32,000 nt of DNA from Candidatus Saccharimonadota bacterium (GTDB taxonomy: Bacteria > Bacillota_I > Bacilli_A > Mycoplasmatales > Hepatoplasmataceae), in NCBI GenBank assembly GCA_027925225.1, contig AP027131.1, forward strand, positions 60,001 to 92,000, given 5' to 3'. Within the stretch, counting starts at the first letter, position 1; every line of letters begins with the position of its first letter. Both the position numbers and the translations under genes were made by a program. A model generated the notes under the pieces. The model did not search any database, was not told the origin of the DNA, and saw only the letters and a program-made list of their open reading frames with translations. Of this stretch, positions 1 through 10,385 are shown piece after piece.

Positions 1-155
1 TTTCTAATATTGATTGAGCACATTTTATTAAAAAAGAAAGTAGACAAACTTGAGTTGCAGTGATTATTTGAATGGTTGCTTCTTTTATTGTTGCAACATT
101 ATTAACCTTTGGAATATTTATGATAGAAGGCGCAATAGATTCTGCTGTAGGATAA
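1..155 (+). CDS. 3' end of an upstream gene (hydrophobic C-terminus, product unknown), partial at window edge
   Basis: Frame 3 is open from the window edge to TAA at 153-155 when TGA is read as Trp. The tail ...VAVIIWMVASFIVATLLTFGIFMIEGAIDSAVG looks like a TM segment. No family recognised. Confidence 0.3.
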
Positions 156-161
156 AATAAA

Positions 162-2597
162 ATGAAAACACCAAAAGAAAAAGTTATAAAAAATAAAAAA
201 AATAAAACTATTAAATATTATTCAATTTTTAAAAAATCAGAAATAATAGCTCAAAATGTTTTATTAAAATCAGAAATTTTTCGTTCTTTAAAAGAAAAAG
301 ATTTTAAAAATAAAACATTAGAATTTAAAAAAAATATAGCAAAAGAAAAAGATTTATTAAATGATGATAATTTTATAATAGATGTTTTTGCGCTTGTTCA
401 TGCTGCTATTTTTAATGTTTACAAAATTTCGTTATTTAAAGTACAAATAATGGGAGCTTATATTCTACATATTGGGGATTTAGCTGAAATGAAAACTGGA
501 GAAGGAAAAACTCTTACAGCAATCCTTCCTGCATATTTAAATTCGCTTTTAGGTAAAGGGGTTCACATTATTACAGTAAATGAATACCTTTCTGAACGTG
601 ATGCTTTTAATACAGGTAAAGTATTTAAATATTTAGGACTTGAAACAGGTTCAATTAAATCAACACAAAATCCACTTCAAAAAAAAGAAGAATATCACAA
701 AGATGTTACTTATATTACCAATTCAGAAATTGGATTTGATTATCTTAGAGATAATATGGTAAGAAATATTGAAGATAAAGTTCAAAGAGGATTTTATTAT
801 GCAATCATTGATGAAGCGGATTCAATTTTAATTGATGAGGCAAGGACTCCTTTGATAATTTCTGGTGGATTTAAAGATGATGAAAGAGATTATTATGAAG
901 CAGATAAATTTGTAAAAGAATTAGATGATGATGATTATGTAATAGACAGAGAAATTAGACAAGCATATCTTACTGGAACGGGAGTTAAAAAAGCACAATA
1001 TTATTTTGACTTAGAAAATCTATATTCATATAAAAATTCAAAATTAGTTCATTTAATCTCAAATGCATTACAAGCAAATTATATTTTTAAATATGATGTT
1101 GATTATACGGTAAATGATGAAAAAATTATTCTTATAGATTCTTTTACTGGTAGGTTATTACATGGTAGACAATTTTCTGAAGGATTAAATCAAGCAATAG
1201 AAGCAAAAGAAAATGTGAAAATAAATCCAGAAACAAAAGTTTTTGCTTCTATTACTTATCAAAATCTTTTTAGAATGTATAAAAAATTATCAGGTATGTC
1301 AGGTACCGCTTCCTCAGAAGAAGAAGAATTTTTAGATATTTATAATATGCGTGTTCTTGATATTCCCACAAATAAACCAATTATAAGAAGAGATTTAGTA
1401 GATGTTATTTTTGCAACAAAGGAAGCAAAATATAATGCAGTAATTTTAAAAATAAAAGAAATTCACGAGACCGGACAACCAATTTTATTGGGTACAAGAG
1501 CTGTTTCTGAATCTGAGATTCTTTCAGAAAAATTAAAAGAATTAAATATTCCTCATGAAATTTTAAATGCTAAAAATCATGCAAGAGAAGCAGAAATTAT
1601 TACAAAAGCTGGTGAAAAAAATACAATTACAATTGCAACAAATATGGCGGGACGTGGAACTGATATAAAACTTGGAGATGATGTTATAAAACTTGGGGGA
1701 TTATTTGTTCTTGGTACTGAGAGAAATGAATCAAGAAGAATTGATAATCAATTAAGAGGTAGATCTGGACGTCAGGGTGATATTGGATATTCACAATTTT
1801 ACATTTCTTTGGATGATGAAATTATGCAAAGAGCAGGCCTTAAAAGAATTCAAAAATTTTTAAAATCTTTAGATGAAAATCCTATCACATCAAGAACAAT
1901 TCAAAAATCAATTACATTATCACAAAAAAAAATAGAAGGCTTAAATTACGATTATAGGAAAAACATTATTGAATATGATGATGTTTTAAATTCCCAAAGA
2001 ATAATTACATATAGACAAAGAGATAGTGTTTTAAAATCAAATGATTTAAAAGACTTATTTTTAAGAATGATTAAAGTTTTTGTAAAAATGCTTGCTTCTG
2101 ATGAAATTATGTATCAAAATGGTGAGTTTAATTCAGAAATTTATTTTCAATATTTTTTCAAAATATTAGAAATTAATTTTGAAAAAAAAGATGGAATTTT
2201 ATATGAAGAAGCAATACAGATTATAAATAAAAAATTAGATGAAAAATTTGAAGAAAAATTCAATCTTTGAATTGAGAAAAAATTTAATTGAGAAAAATAT
2301 CTAAAAAATGTTTTACTTATTTCAATTGATTTGAATTGACAAACACAGATAGATTTATTAAATAAATTAAAAAACGGAATTAGATATAGACAATATGCAC
2401 AAAAAAATCCGGTTCAAATATATGTTCAAGAAGCAGATCTATTGTTTCAAAAATATAGAAGAGAAGTATTAGAGCAATCCATTGTAATTACATTAAATTC
2501 AGTGCCTACAGCAACGCAAAATAGTTCAAGAAAAATTAAAAAAAGAATTTCAAAAAATATGGAAAATTTTGAAATAAAAGAGTTAACAGTTTCTTAA
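162..2597 (+). CDS. secA: Preprotein translocase ATPase SecA (811 aa with code 4)
   Basis: Motifs AEMKTGEGKTL, IIDEADSILIDEARTPLIISG and TNMAGRGTDIKLG. The ORF-track stop at 2268-2270 is TGA. Reading in-frame TGAs as Trp gives the conserved SecA C-terminal region (...LNWQTQIDLLNKLKNGIRYRQYAQKNPVQIYVQEADLLF...) and a TAA at 2595-2597. Confidence 0.95.
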
Positions 2598-2722
2598 TTT
2601 TATAATTTAATTTTTTAAAAAAATGTAAATATAAAGTTTAAGGAAATCTTTGGATATAATAATCTTATAGTCAAAATTAAATATGCTTTTATTTACAGAA
2701 AAATAAAGGTAATTTACATGTT

Positions 2723-4339
2723 ATGAATGTAGAAAGTAAAAAAACAATAATAGATAATCAAAAAAATGCACATAGATACGGTCTTTTATCAATGCTTGCT
2801 TTAATTATAGGAATTGTAATAGGTTCTGGAATTTATGTTGTTAATGACCAGCTTTATAAAGATTCAAATGGTTCTACAGGTATTTCAATGATTGCTTGAA
2901 TTGTTGTTTCTTTAATTGTTTTATTTATGCTTATTTCTTTTATAGAGGTTTCCTCAATAACATCTAAAAAACATGAAGCAGGAACAGTAAACAATTGAAG
3001 CAGACATCTTTGGGGTGAAAATATTTCTAAATATGTTGGTATTTTTTTCCCAATTATTTATTATCCTGTTTTACTTACTGGTTTTTCTCTAATTATGTCT
3101 ACTGAACTTATGAGTAATGTTAATAGTTTTGATTCTCTTGACTCCAAGAATGAAACTTGAATGTATTTTATTTATGTTTCTATAATTGCTTTTATAGTTT
3201 TAAATCTTATTTTTGGTTTAAATACATTTACTTCAAAACCAGGGAAAAACCTTCAAGAAATTGGTACTTTTATTAAATTAATTCCACTTTTTTTAATTGT
3301 AATAGTAGGATTTATTGCAATTGTTGGTTTAATGAATGCCCCTCCAGCAAATGATGTATTTGATACAACTCAAACTACTGGAGATGATAATGTTTTTAAA
3401 CTTATATTAATACTTTCTCCTACTGTTATGTTTTCTTATGATGGTTTTCTTTTTGCTGCATCTTTACAAAATGAGGCAAAGAAAAAATCAACATTTAAAA
3501 CAGCAGCAATTACAGGTGTGGTATTTATTATTTTAATTTACATTTTAATGTCATTTTTTACATTTGCTTATGGTGATCCTACTACTGGTGATTATTCGGT
3601 AAATGGAGCTTTTCATAATTTATTTCCTAATGTAGGAAATTGGTTCTTTACTTTAATTTCAGTAATTATTGTAATTTCAGTAATTACTGGAATTTCTGGT
3701 AATACAATAACGCAGGGACGTATGATTGCCGATGTTTCGGTCGAAAATCAAATTGCTGATAAAAATGGTAATTTAATTGCAAGAAATAAAGCTTTTGTAC
3801 CACAAAAATCAGTACAAATAGGTTGAATACTTTCAATAATTACTTTTGTTATTTTTACGTTTTTAGATGCTTTTTCAACAATGGCTTATTTAAAAGATTA
3901 TTCTCCAGATATAATTTATAGTCCAAATGCAGTAATGTCTAATGCACTTAATGATTTAGTTCTTATTGCTTTTGCTTTTTATGCTTTTATTATTGTTGGA
4001 GGATTATTTAACAGATGAACAGGAAGGGTTGAAGTTGATAAAAATAAATTGTTTATTCCTTCAGCAATAATTTCAAGTATTGCAATTGTTGTAATATTAA
4101 TTGTTTTTGCAATTGATATTTTTTCTCCGAACGATTTAAATAATCATGCATACAATTTATATAACTACATTCTACAAATAGTTATCTTTGTGACTGTTAT
4201 TGCTTTAATAATATCAGTTCCACTTTATTTACAAAAAGATGTTAAAAAACTTACAAAAGAGGAAAAGAAAAATAAAAGAAAACTTATTATAGCTTACAAT
4301 AGACAAAAAATAGATCCTAGATATAAAAATAAAAAATAA
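2723..4339 (+). CDS. Amino acid permease, APC superfamily (538 aa)
   Basis: ATG at 2723 gives MNVESKK...YGLLSMLALIIGIVIGSGIYV, the APC N-terminal signature. ORF-track pieces 3161-3826 and 4049-4339 are in the same frame, joined through TGA codons. The protein is multi-TM throughout and ends at TAA 4337-4339. Confidence 0.8.
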
Positions 4340-4377
4340 AAAATTTAATATAAAATATTTTATTTTTTTTAAATTAA

Positions 4378-5490
4378 TTAATGAAATCTTTTATTTTGAA
4401 TTCCTTTTGAAAATAATGCTAATAATAAAAACATTAATATATAAAAATATTGTAAAAGAAAATATATATTATAAAAATTATAAGAAACTTTAGTGTTTGG
4501 TTCGTTTGGATCTATAACATAAGACGTTGAATCTCAATGAAAAATATGTGGTAAAAACATTTCGTTAATTGTTAATGTGCTTGTATCAATTAATACATTA
4601 TTAATATAATATGTTGTTGTGTCTGAATTAAGATTTGTACTATTTAATGATGTTATAAGTATTGATTGTAAAGCAAAAAATGGATAAAATATTGCAAGAA
4701 TTAAATATGGAACATCTGCTTTGGCATATCTAAGACCAATGCTAATATTTAAAGTTGAATTAGAGAAATTATAATAAAACTGATTTGGAATTTCTTTTAA
4801 ATATAAAATATTATTATCACTGCTGTATGTATAAGTTATATTTGGTATACAAAAATTAATTTTTATAATTAAGAGATTCATTATTAAAAATACAAAAAAT
4901 ATAAAAAGCATTAAGATAAAAAAAGTTTTTATAGTTTTTGTTATATTTTCTATAAAAAAACATATTGACATTATAATAATCGAAATTAATAATATACTAT
5001 AATACAATCAAAAATAATTAATTTTATTTAAATCAAAATTAAAAAATAAATAATCATTTGGTGCATAATCTTTAAAATCATTAACCTTATTATCAACAAC
5101 TGCTCCAGCTATTACAATCCCATAAATAAAAAATGTTAAAAGAATTACATTTAAAATAATTGATGAATAATTTTTTAATTGATATTTATTTTCTCCTCTT
5201 ATTCTTTCATATATGTTAGATTTTTTCAAATTATAAATAAATAAACCATAATTAAATATAAAGAAAAGAATTATACTTGTAACTACAATTAATGAATACA
5301 TTTCAAAAAAATTAAATGTATTTACTGATATAAAAATTATTATAAATAAAAAAATAAAAAATAATAATTGTTTTCACGAACACATTCTTCTAAAATATAA
5401 AATAAAAAAAGCAGAAAAATTAGTTTTCTCATTTTCAATATTTTCATAATTATTTTTATTTAAAATTTTTTTTTGAGATTTTATTTCCAT
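4378..5490 (-). CDS. Multi-pass membrane protein, paralog A of a 3-copy family (function unknown), immediately downstream of the Csn2-position ATPase
   Basis: ATG at 5490 (MEIKSQKKILNKNNYENIENEK...). Track ORFs 5008-5301 and 4534-5007 are in frame, separated by TGA. The TGA at 4534-4536 also reads through to TAA at 4378-4380, adding a last hydrophobic helix (IYFLLQYFYILMFLLLALF). 370 aa with 7-8 hydrophobic segments. Confidence 0.75.
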
Positions 5491-5552
5491 ATTTTTTTAA
5501 AATTTTTTATTGTATATATTAATTTTAAAAAAATTTGTATATATTTTTATAA

Positions 5553-6653
5553 TTATATTTTTATCTCTTCATAATAATTTTTTAGTCAACTTGTAAATTT
5601 AATTTCATTAAATTTAATTTCATTAATAACTAAAAAAAGAATAAATTTAAATTTCTCATTTTCTGTGAGCATATCAATATTTCCATAAAATTCAAATGTT
5701 TTCAAATTAATGTTTCTAAGCAAATAAGGAAGAGTTATTTCCATAAAATCCTTTTCTATTTTTTTGAAGTCATTTTTTTCAATTAAATTATAAATTTCAT
5801 CAATTTTGATTTTAAAATCTCTTATATGATTTATATTAATTTTTCAAAAATTATTGTTTGACAATAAATAATAATTAATTAAAAAATCTTTATTTATAAA
5901 GAATTTTTTAATTTTTCTTTCTGAATTTGAAAGATAAAAAAATTCATTAACATTAATATTTAAATATTTTGTAAGGGCGGGATTTCTTAATGTAATAATT
6001 ATTAAATTATTTTTTGCAAGATTGTTTATTAATTCAGAAAGTTTTTTTATTTCTACTGGATCAAGATATGTTTCTGGACAATCAAAAATAAAAATTTTAT
6101 TTTTTGATTCTAATTCAATAATTAAATTTATATATATATTTAATTTTTCTGATTTAGATAATCATTTTTCTTCTATTTCTTCATTTTGTTTATCAAAAAT
6201 AGCAATTTTAAATAATAACTCAAGAATTTCAGAATCATTTTTAAAATTAAGTTTAGGATTTAAATGATAATTATTATTTTCAAATTTAATATATTTGTTC
6301 ATTGTTTCAAGAATTAAATTTAATATTTCGTTATTTTTTAAAATATTTGTTAAATCAATATTTTTTTCTTCTAATGTTTCCAAAATATGTTTAAAGATAA
6401 TTTTTCTTAAAATAGAGGTTTTTTTAAGTTCCAATTCTTTTTTTAAATCTCATTCTTCTGCAATATAAATTATTTCTCTTTTTTCATCATATTCTCGTTC
6501 TGAAAATACCTCTCTTTTTTTATTTTGTATTAATGAAATAAAATCATTTACAAAAGTTGTCTTCCCAGAATTATTTTCCCCATAAATAGCCATTATGTTA
6601 TTTTCGGTTTTAATTTTTAAATTATTATATTTATCATTTAAATAAATTTCCAT
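5553..6653 (-). CDS. ABC/SMC-type P-loop ATPase in the csn2 position (Csn2-like, motifs intact), 366 aa
   Basis: Hand-translated codon by codon from 6653 to 5553; only TGA interrupts the frame. Walker A is GENNSGKTT, the ABC-signature-like motif is LSKSEK, and Walker B is KIFIFDCPETYLDP, followed by NLIIITLRNP (His-loop position). It lies 83 nt downstream of cas2 on the same strand. Confidence 0.65.
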
Positions 6654-6736
6654 TATAAATTTATAATTCCTTTATTTAAAAAAATTATAAATGTAAAAAA
6701 CAGATTAAATCTTAATTATTGTTTTAAAATTATTTT

Positions 6737-7076
6737 TTAAATAATGATTAATGGTTCATCAGTTTGATAGTATTCTTTATTTTTTTTATTTCCCCTTATT
6801 ATTTCAATTTCCTCATATTGTTTATTTGTTATTACTAATAATCTAATATCTCCTTCAGGAGGCAAAATGTTATTAATTTTTTCTTTTGTTCTTTTTACTC
6901 AATCGTGATTATAACAATGTTTTAAATATACAGATTCTTGAATCATTATAAAACCAAGTTTTATTAATTCATTTCTAAATTTGTTCATATCAGATTGATT
7001 TTTTTTGCTTGTTGTTGGTAAGTCGTAAAATAAAAGTATTTTCATTTGTCTAAACTGAGTCTTTAATTTATCCATT
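6737..7076 (-). CDS. cas2: CRISPR-associated Cas2, apparently disrupted by a 1-nt frameshift after codon 8 of the MKILLFYD start
   Basis: ATG at 7046 (or 7076) gives MKILLFYD and then runs into TAG. The next frame reads LPTTSKKNQSDMNKFRNELIKLGFIMIQESVYLKHCYNHDWVKRTKEKINNILPPEGDIRLLVITNKQYEEIEIIRG...PLIII, ending at TAA 6737-6739. Joined, the two pieces match the type II Cas2 pattern (xxILLxFDxPT...FRKxLxxxGFxMxQxSVY). The start and stop frames differ by one nucleotide. Confidence 0.75.
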
Positions 7077-7096
7077 TTTTATTATTTTATCATTTA

Positions 7097-8200
7097 TTAA
7101 TTTATTTTCTTTTTATTAATTTTTCTTGAAATTAATGCTAATACTAAAAATAATAATATATAAAAATATGTTAATATGAAATATATATTATAAGCTGCAT
7201 AAGACATTTTAACATTGGGCTCTTCTAAAGTTCTTATATAAGATGTTGAATCTCAATGAAATAAATGAGGAATAAATAATTCATTTATTGTTGTTGTATC
7301 TGTATTTAAGACAACATTTCCAATATCGTATGTGTTACCCGGAAGAAGGGTGGTGTTATTAAAAGAGGTAATAAGAATTGATTGCAATGCAAAAAATGGA
7401 TAAAATATTGCTACAAATAAATACGGCACATCATAATTAGAAGCATTAAGACTCATACTTACATTTAAAGTATCACTGTTAATATCATAATAAATAAAGT
7501 TTTCAATTTCTCTGATATGTATTAAAGAGGTTGGATCATTTTCTACTGGATATGTTAGAATATTTGGCTTACAAAATTGTATTTTTATAAGTACAAGATC
7601 CATTATTAAATATATAAGAACAATTACAAACATTGTTATGAAAAAGTTTTTTACTGTTTTTGTAATATTTTCAACAAAAAAGCAAACTAACATAATAATT
7701 ATAGAAATTAATAACACACTATAATATAATCAAAAAAAATTAATTTCACTAAATTCAAAAGAATATACTAAAAAACCACCAGATTCATATTTAAAATCAT
7801 GAATCTGATTATCGACAACTGCACCTATTATTAATATTATGTAAATAAATAAGGTTAAAATAATTACATTTAAAATAATAGATGAATAATTTTTAAGTTG
7901 ATATTTTTTTTCTTCTCTTATCCTGGAATAAATATTTGATTTTTTTAAGTTATAAATAAATAATCCATAATTAAATGTAAAAAATAAAATAATACTTATT
8001 ACTGAAATAACAGAATACATTTCATAAAAATTTATTGTACTTATAGCAATAAAAATTATCATAAAAACAAAAAAATAAAATAGTAACTGTTTTCAGGAAC
8101 ACATTTTTTTAAAATAAAGCACAAAAAAAGCATAAAAGCTTAAATTTTTGTTTTCTTTTTTATTATTTATATTATTTTTAGTAAGATTCATACTTTGCAT
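7097..8200 (-). CDS. Multi-pass membrane protein, paralog B of the 3-copy family, located between cas1 and cas2
   Basis: ATG at 8200 (MQSMNLTKNNINNKKENKNLSFYAFF...). Track ORFs 7730-8062 and 7253-7717 are in frame. The TGA at 7253-7255 reads through to TAA at 7097-7099. 367 aa with the shared motifs FYPFFALQSILITS and PHLFHW. Confidence 0.75.
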
Positions 8201-8284
8201 TTAAGCAAGTTTAAATATTAAGAGTTTTGTTCGAGGTTTAAAATAAACTAATTATTTTTAAATTATATTTTATAAATCATTTTT

Positions 8285-9208
8285 TTAAAAATCTTCATTT
8301 TTATTGAAAGATATTTTTGGCAACATTAATTCTTTTTCATTATTTTTAAAGTATGAAATAATAGATTTTATAGTTATATCTATTGCATGTCTTACTTTTG
8401 TTATCTGATTATTTATTATTACATTTTGATCCAAAACAGAAACTAATTTAGCTCTCATTATTAAACTTATTGTTTCATCTTTTTCATTCAATAAAATTTC
8501 ATTATTTTCTACTATAATAAAATCTAATAGTGGTCTATAAGGTTCTATTAAGTCATAAGTAAGATTAAAATAATTATTTGCTGTTTTATGAAAAAAACCA
8601 AGAGAAGGATGAAGACCTGCTTTTACAATAGCACTTGAAATTTTACTTGCTAAAACTTTATATCCATAATTCATTGATTTGTTTATTGCATTATCTTGAA
8701 ATCTTATAAAACCCGAACCAAAAAGAGATATAAAATATAATCTAGCAGCCGATGATTCTCTATTTCTTTTATCTCCTTGAATTACATCATTATGATAGTT
8801 ATCCATTTTTTCTATGTTTATTTTTGAGGAGCCTAAATATTGCATTAATATTTTTTGGTTTTCTATTTTTTGTTTGATTATTTGTTGTTGAAATTTATCT
8901 TTTTCTCTTTGATTTAATTCTAATTGTAAATTAAAGTTTTGTAAAGGTTTGTGGTGACCATGAAGTGCTAATAGCAATCCTACTGGGTCATGAGATAAAT
9001 TATTTATCATAAGAGGAATATTTCTATTTGTAAGTTCAATTAGAGTTTGTATTGTTATATTTGTTTTGTAGTTATCAATAATAATAATCCCAATATCATC
9101 TAAATAAATTGGAATATTTTCTTCATTTTCCATTCCTCTTATAATTAGACTATTATTTTTTATTTTAATATTTTGATCAGTTTGTATAAAAACTGTTCTT
9201 CAATTCAT
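8285..9208 (-). CDS. cas1: CRISPR-associated integrase Cas1, type II (307 aa)
   Basis: The true start is ATG at 9208, giving MNWRTVFIQTDQNIKIKNNSLIIRG... (type II Cas1 N-terminus; the W is a TGA codon). It continues into track ORF 8285-9133, with NRESSAARLYF, GYKVLASKISSAIVKAGLHPSLGFFH and LTYDLIEPYRPLLD. Confidence 0.92.
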
Positions 9209-9327
9209 ATTTTAAAATTCCTTTTACAATTTATGAATTACATTTTTAATTTTTATCAAAATAATTATATAAAATAAGATATTATGTTTTTGATAATAAG
9301 TGATATATTCAATGAGAGGTGTTTTAA

Positions 9328-9639
9328 ATGAAAAAATTAATTATAGATGATGTAACTTTTAAAATTAAAAATGAAGAAGAAAAAGAAGATCTTATTAGAA
9401 TAATTAAAGAAATAAAAAGCAAATTAAAAGAATCTAATAATCTTCCTTCAAAAATATCTTTATTTAGAGATATTGATAAAGATAAAGATGTTTTTAAATT
9501 TTATATGGTATTTGATTCTGATGAAGATTTTGACAAATGAGATGCAAAAGTGACTCAAGAAGTAAAAGATCTTTTTATAAAAGGTTTACATAAATATTAT
9601 GTAAAATATAATTATTCAGAAAAAATTGATATTGATTAA
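9328..9639 (+). CDS. Small charged protein, family P copy 1 (103 aa, unknown function)
   Basis: SD-like GAGAGG precedes the ATG at 9328. The TGA at 9538-9540 reads as Trp (..DEDFDKWDAKV..). TAA at 9637-9639. Paralogous to 9677, 10032, 11755 and 12123. Confidence 0.7.
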
Positions 9640-9676
9640 TTTAAAAAAAATAATAAATTAAATAACAGGTGTTTAA

Positions 9677-9994
9677 ATGAAAAAAATAGTTATAGAAGAT
9701 ATGACTTTTAAAATTGAAAATAAAGAAGAAGAAAAAAATTTTATTGAAGGAATTCAAAAAATGAAAAAAATTTTAAAGGAATCATATGATATTCCTGCGA
9801 AATTTTCTTTATTTAAAAATGTTTATAAAAATAAAAATATTTTTAAACTTCATTTAGTATTCGAATCTGAAGAAGTTTATAGTGAATTTATTGCAAAAAT
9901 TTCTCAAGAAGATAGAGAAAAATTTAATGATTATTTGGGTAAATATGAAATAAAATATAGCCGTTTAGAAAAAAATGATATTAATAATTTTTAA
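9677..9994 (+). CDS. Small charged protein, family P copy 2 (105 aa)
   Basis: Intact ORF, MKKIVIEDMTFKIENKEEEKNF... It shares the family N-terminal and central motifs (PAKFSLFKN...IFKLHLVFESEE). Its C-terminus is the most divergent of the family. Confidence 0.7.
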   Translation: MKKIVIEDMTFKIENKEEEKNFIEGIQKMKKILKESYDIPAKFSLFKNVYKNKNIFKLHLVFESEEVYSEFIAKISQEDREKFNDYLGKYEIKYSRLEKNDINNF

Positions 9995-10031
9995 TAAAAA
10001 ATAGCAATATATTAAATGCAAAGGAGTTTAA

Positions 10032-10343
10032 ATGAAAAAATTAATCATAGAAGACATAACTTTTAAAATTGAAAATAAAGAAGAAGAAAAAAATTTTATT
10101 GATTGAATTAAAAAAATGAAAAAAGATTTAAAAGAATCAAATAATCTCCCTACAAAATTTTCTTTGTTTAGAGATATTGATAAAGATAAAGATATTTTTA
10201 AACTTTATTTAGTATTTGATTCTGATGAAGATTTTGACAAATGAGATGCAAAAGTACCTCAAAAAAATAAAGATGATTTTAGAAATGAGTTAGGTAAATA
10301 TTTTGTAAAATATAATTACTCAGAAAAAATTGATATTGATTAA
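10032..10343 (+). CDS. Small charged protein, family P copy 3 (103 aa)
   Basis: AAGGAG SD, then ATG at 10032. Two in-frame TGA codons (Trp). It ends ...KYNYSEKIDID with TAA at 10341-10343. Missed by the standard-code ORF track. Confidence 0.7.
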
Positions 10344-10356
10344 TATTTATAAAAAA

Positions 10357-10385
10357 AATACTGTTAAAACAGTATTTTTTATTTT
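10357..10385 (+). terminator. Rho-independent terminator after the P1-P3 cluster (shared with convergent membrane paralog C)
   Basis: AATACTG-TTAAAA-CAGTATT hairpin followed by a T-run, with an A-run upstream, so it could act in both directions. Confidence 0.55.

Noticed and set aside
2723-4339. The idea that the permease, secA, cas9, fusA and others are pseudogenes broken into several ORFs
   Set aside because: Every break is a TGA, the pieces stay in one frame, and conserved motifs continue across the breaks. Code 4 explains them. Only cas2 shows a genuine frame change.
6022-6267. Track ORF 6022-6267 (+), 81 aa
   Set aside because: It is antisense to the Csn2-position ATPase, whose frame I translated without interruption. 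It has no SD and is low-complexity.
4378-6653. Reading the ATPase plus membrane paralog A as an ordinary ABC transporter (nucleotide-binding domain plus permease)
   Set aside because: The ATPase has a roughly 200-aa insertion between Walker A and the signature motif, which is the SMC/AAA_15-like architecture rather than a transporter NBD. The membrane protein also occurs twice more without an ATPase partner. Not excluded, but not supported.
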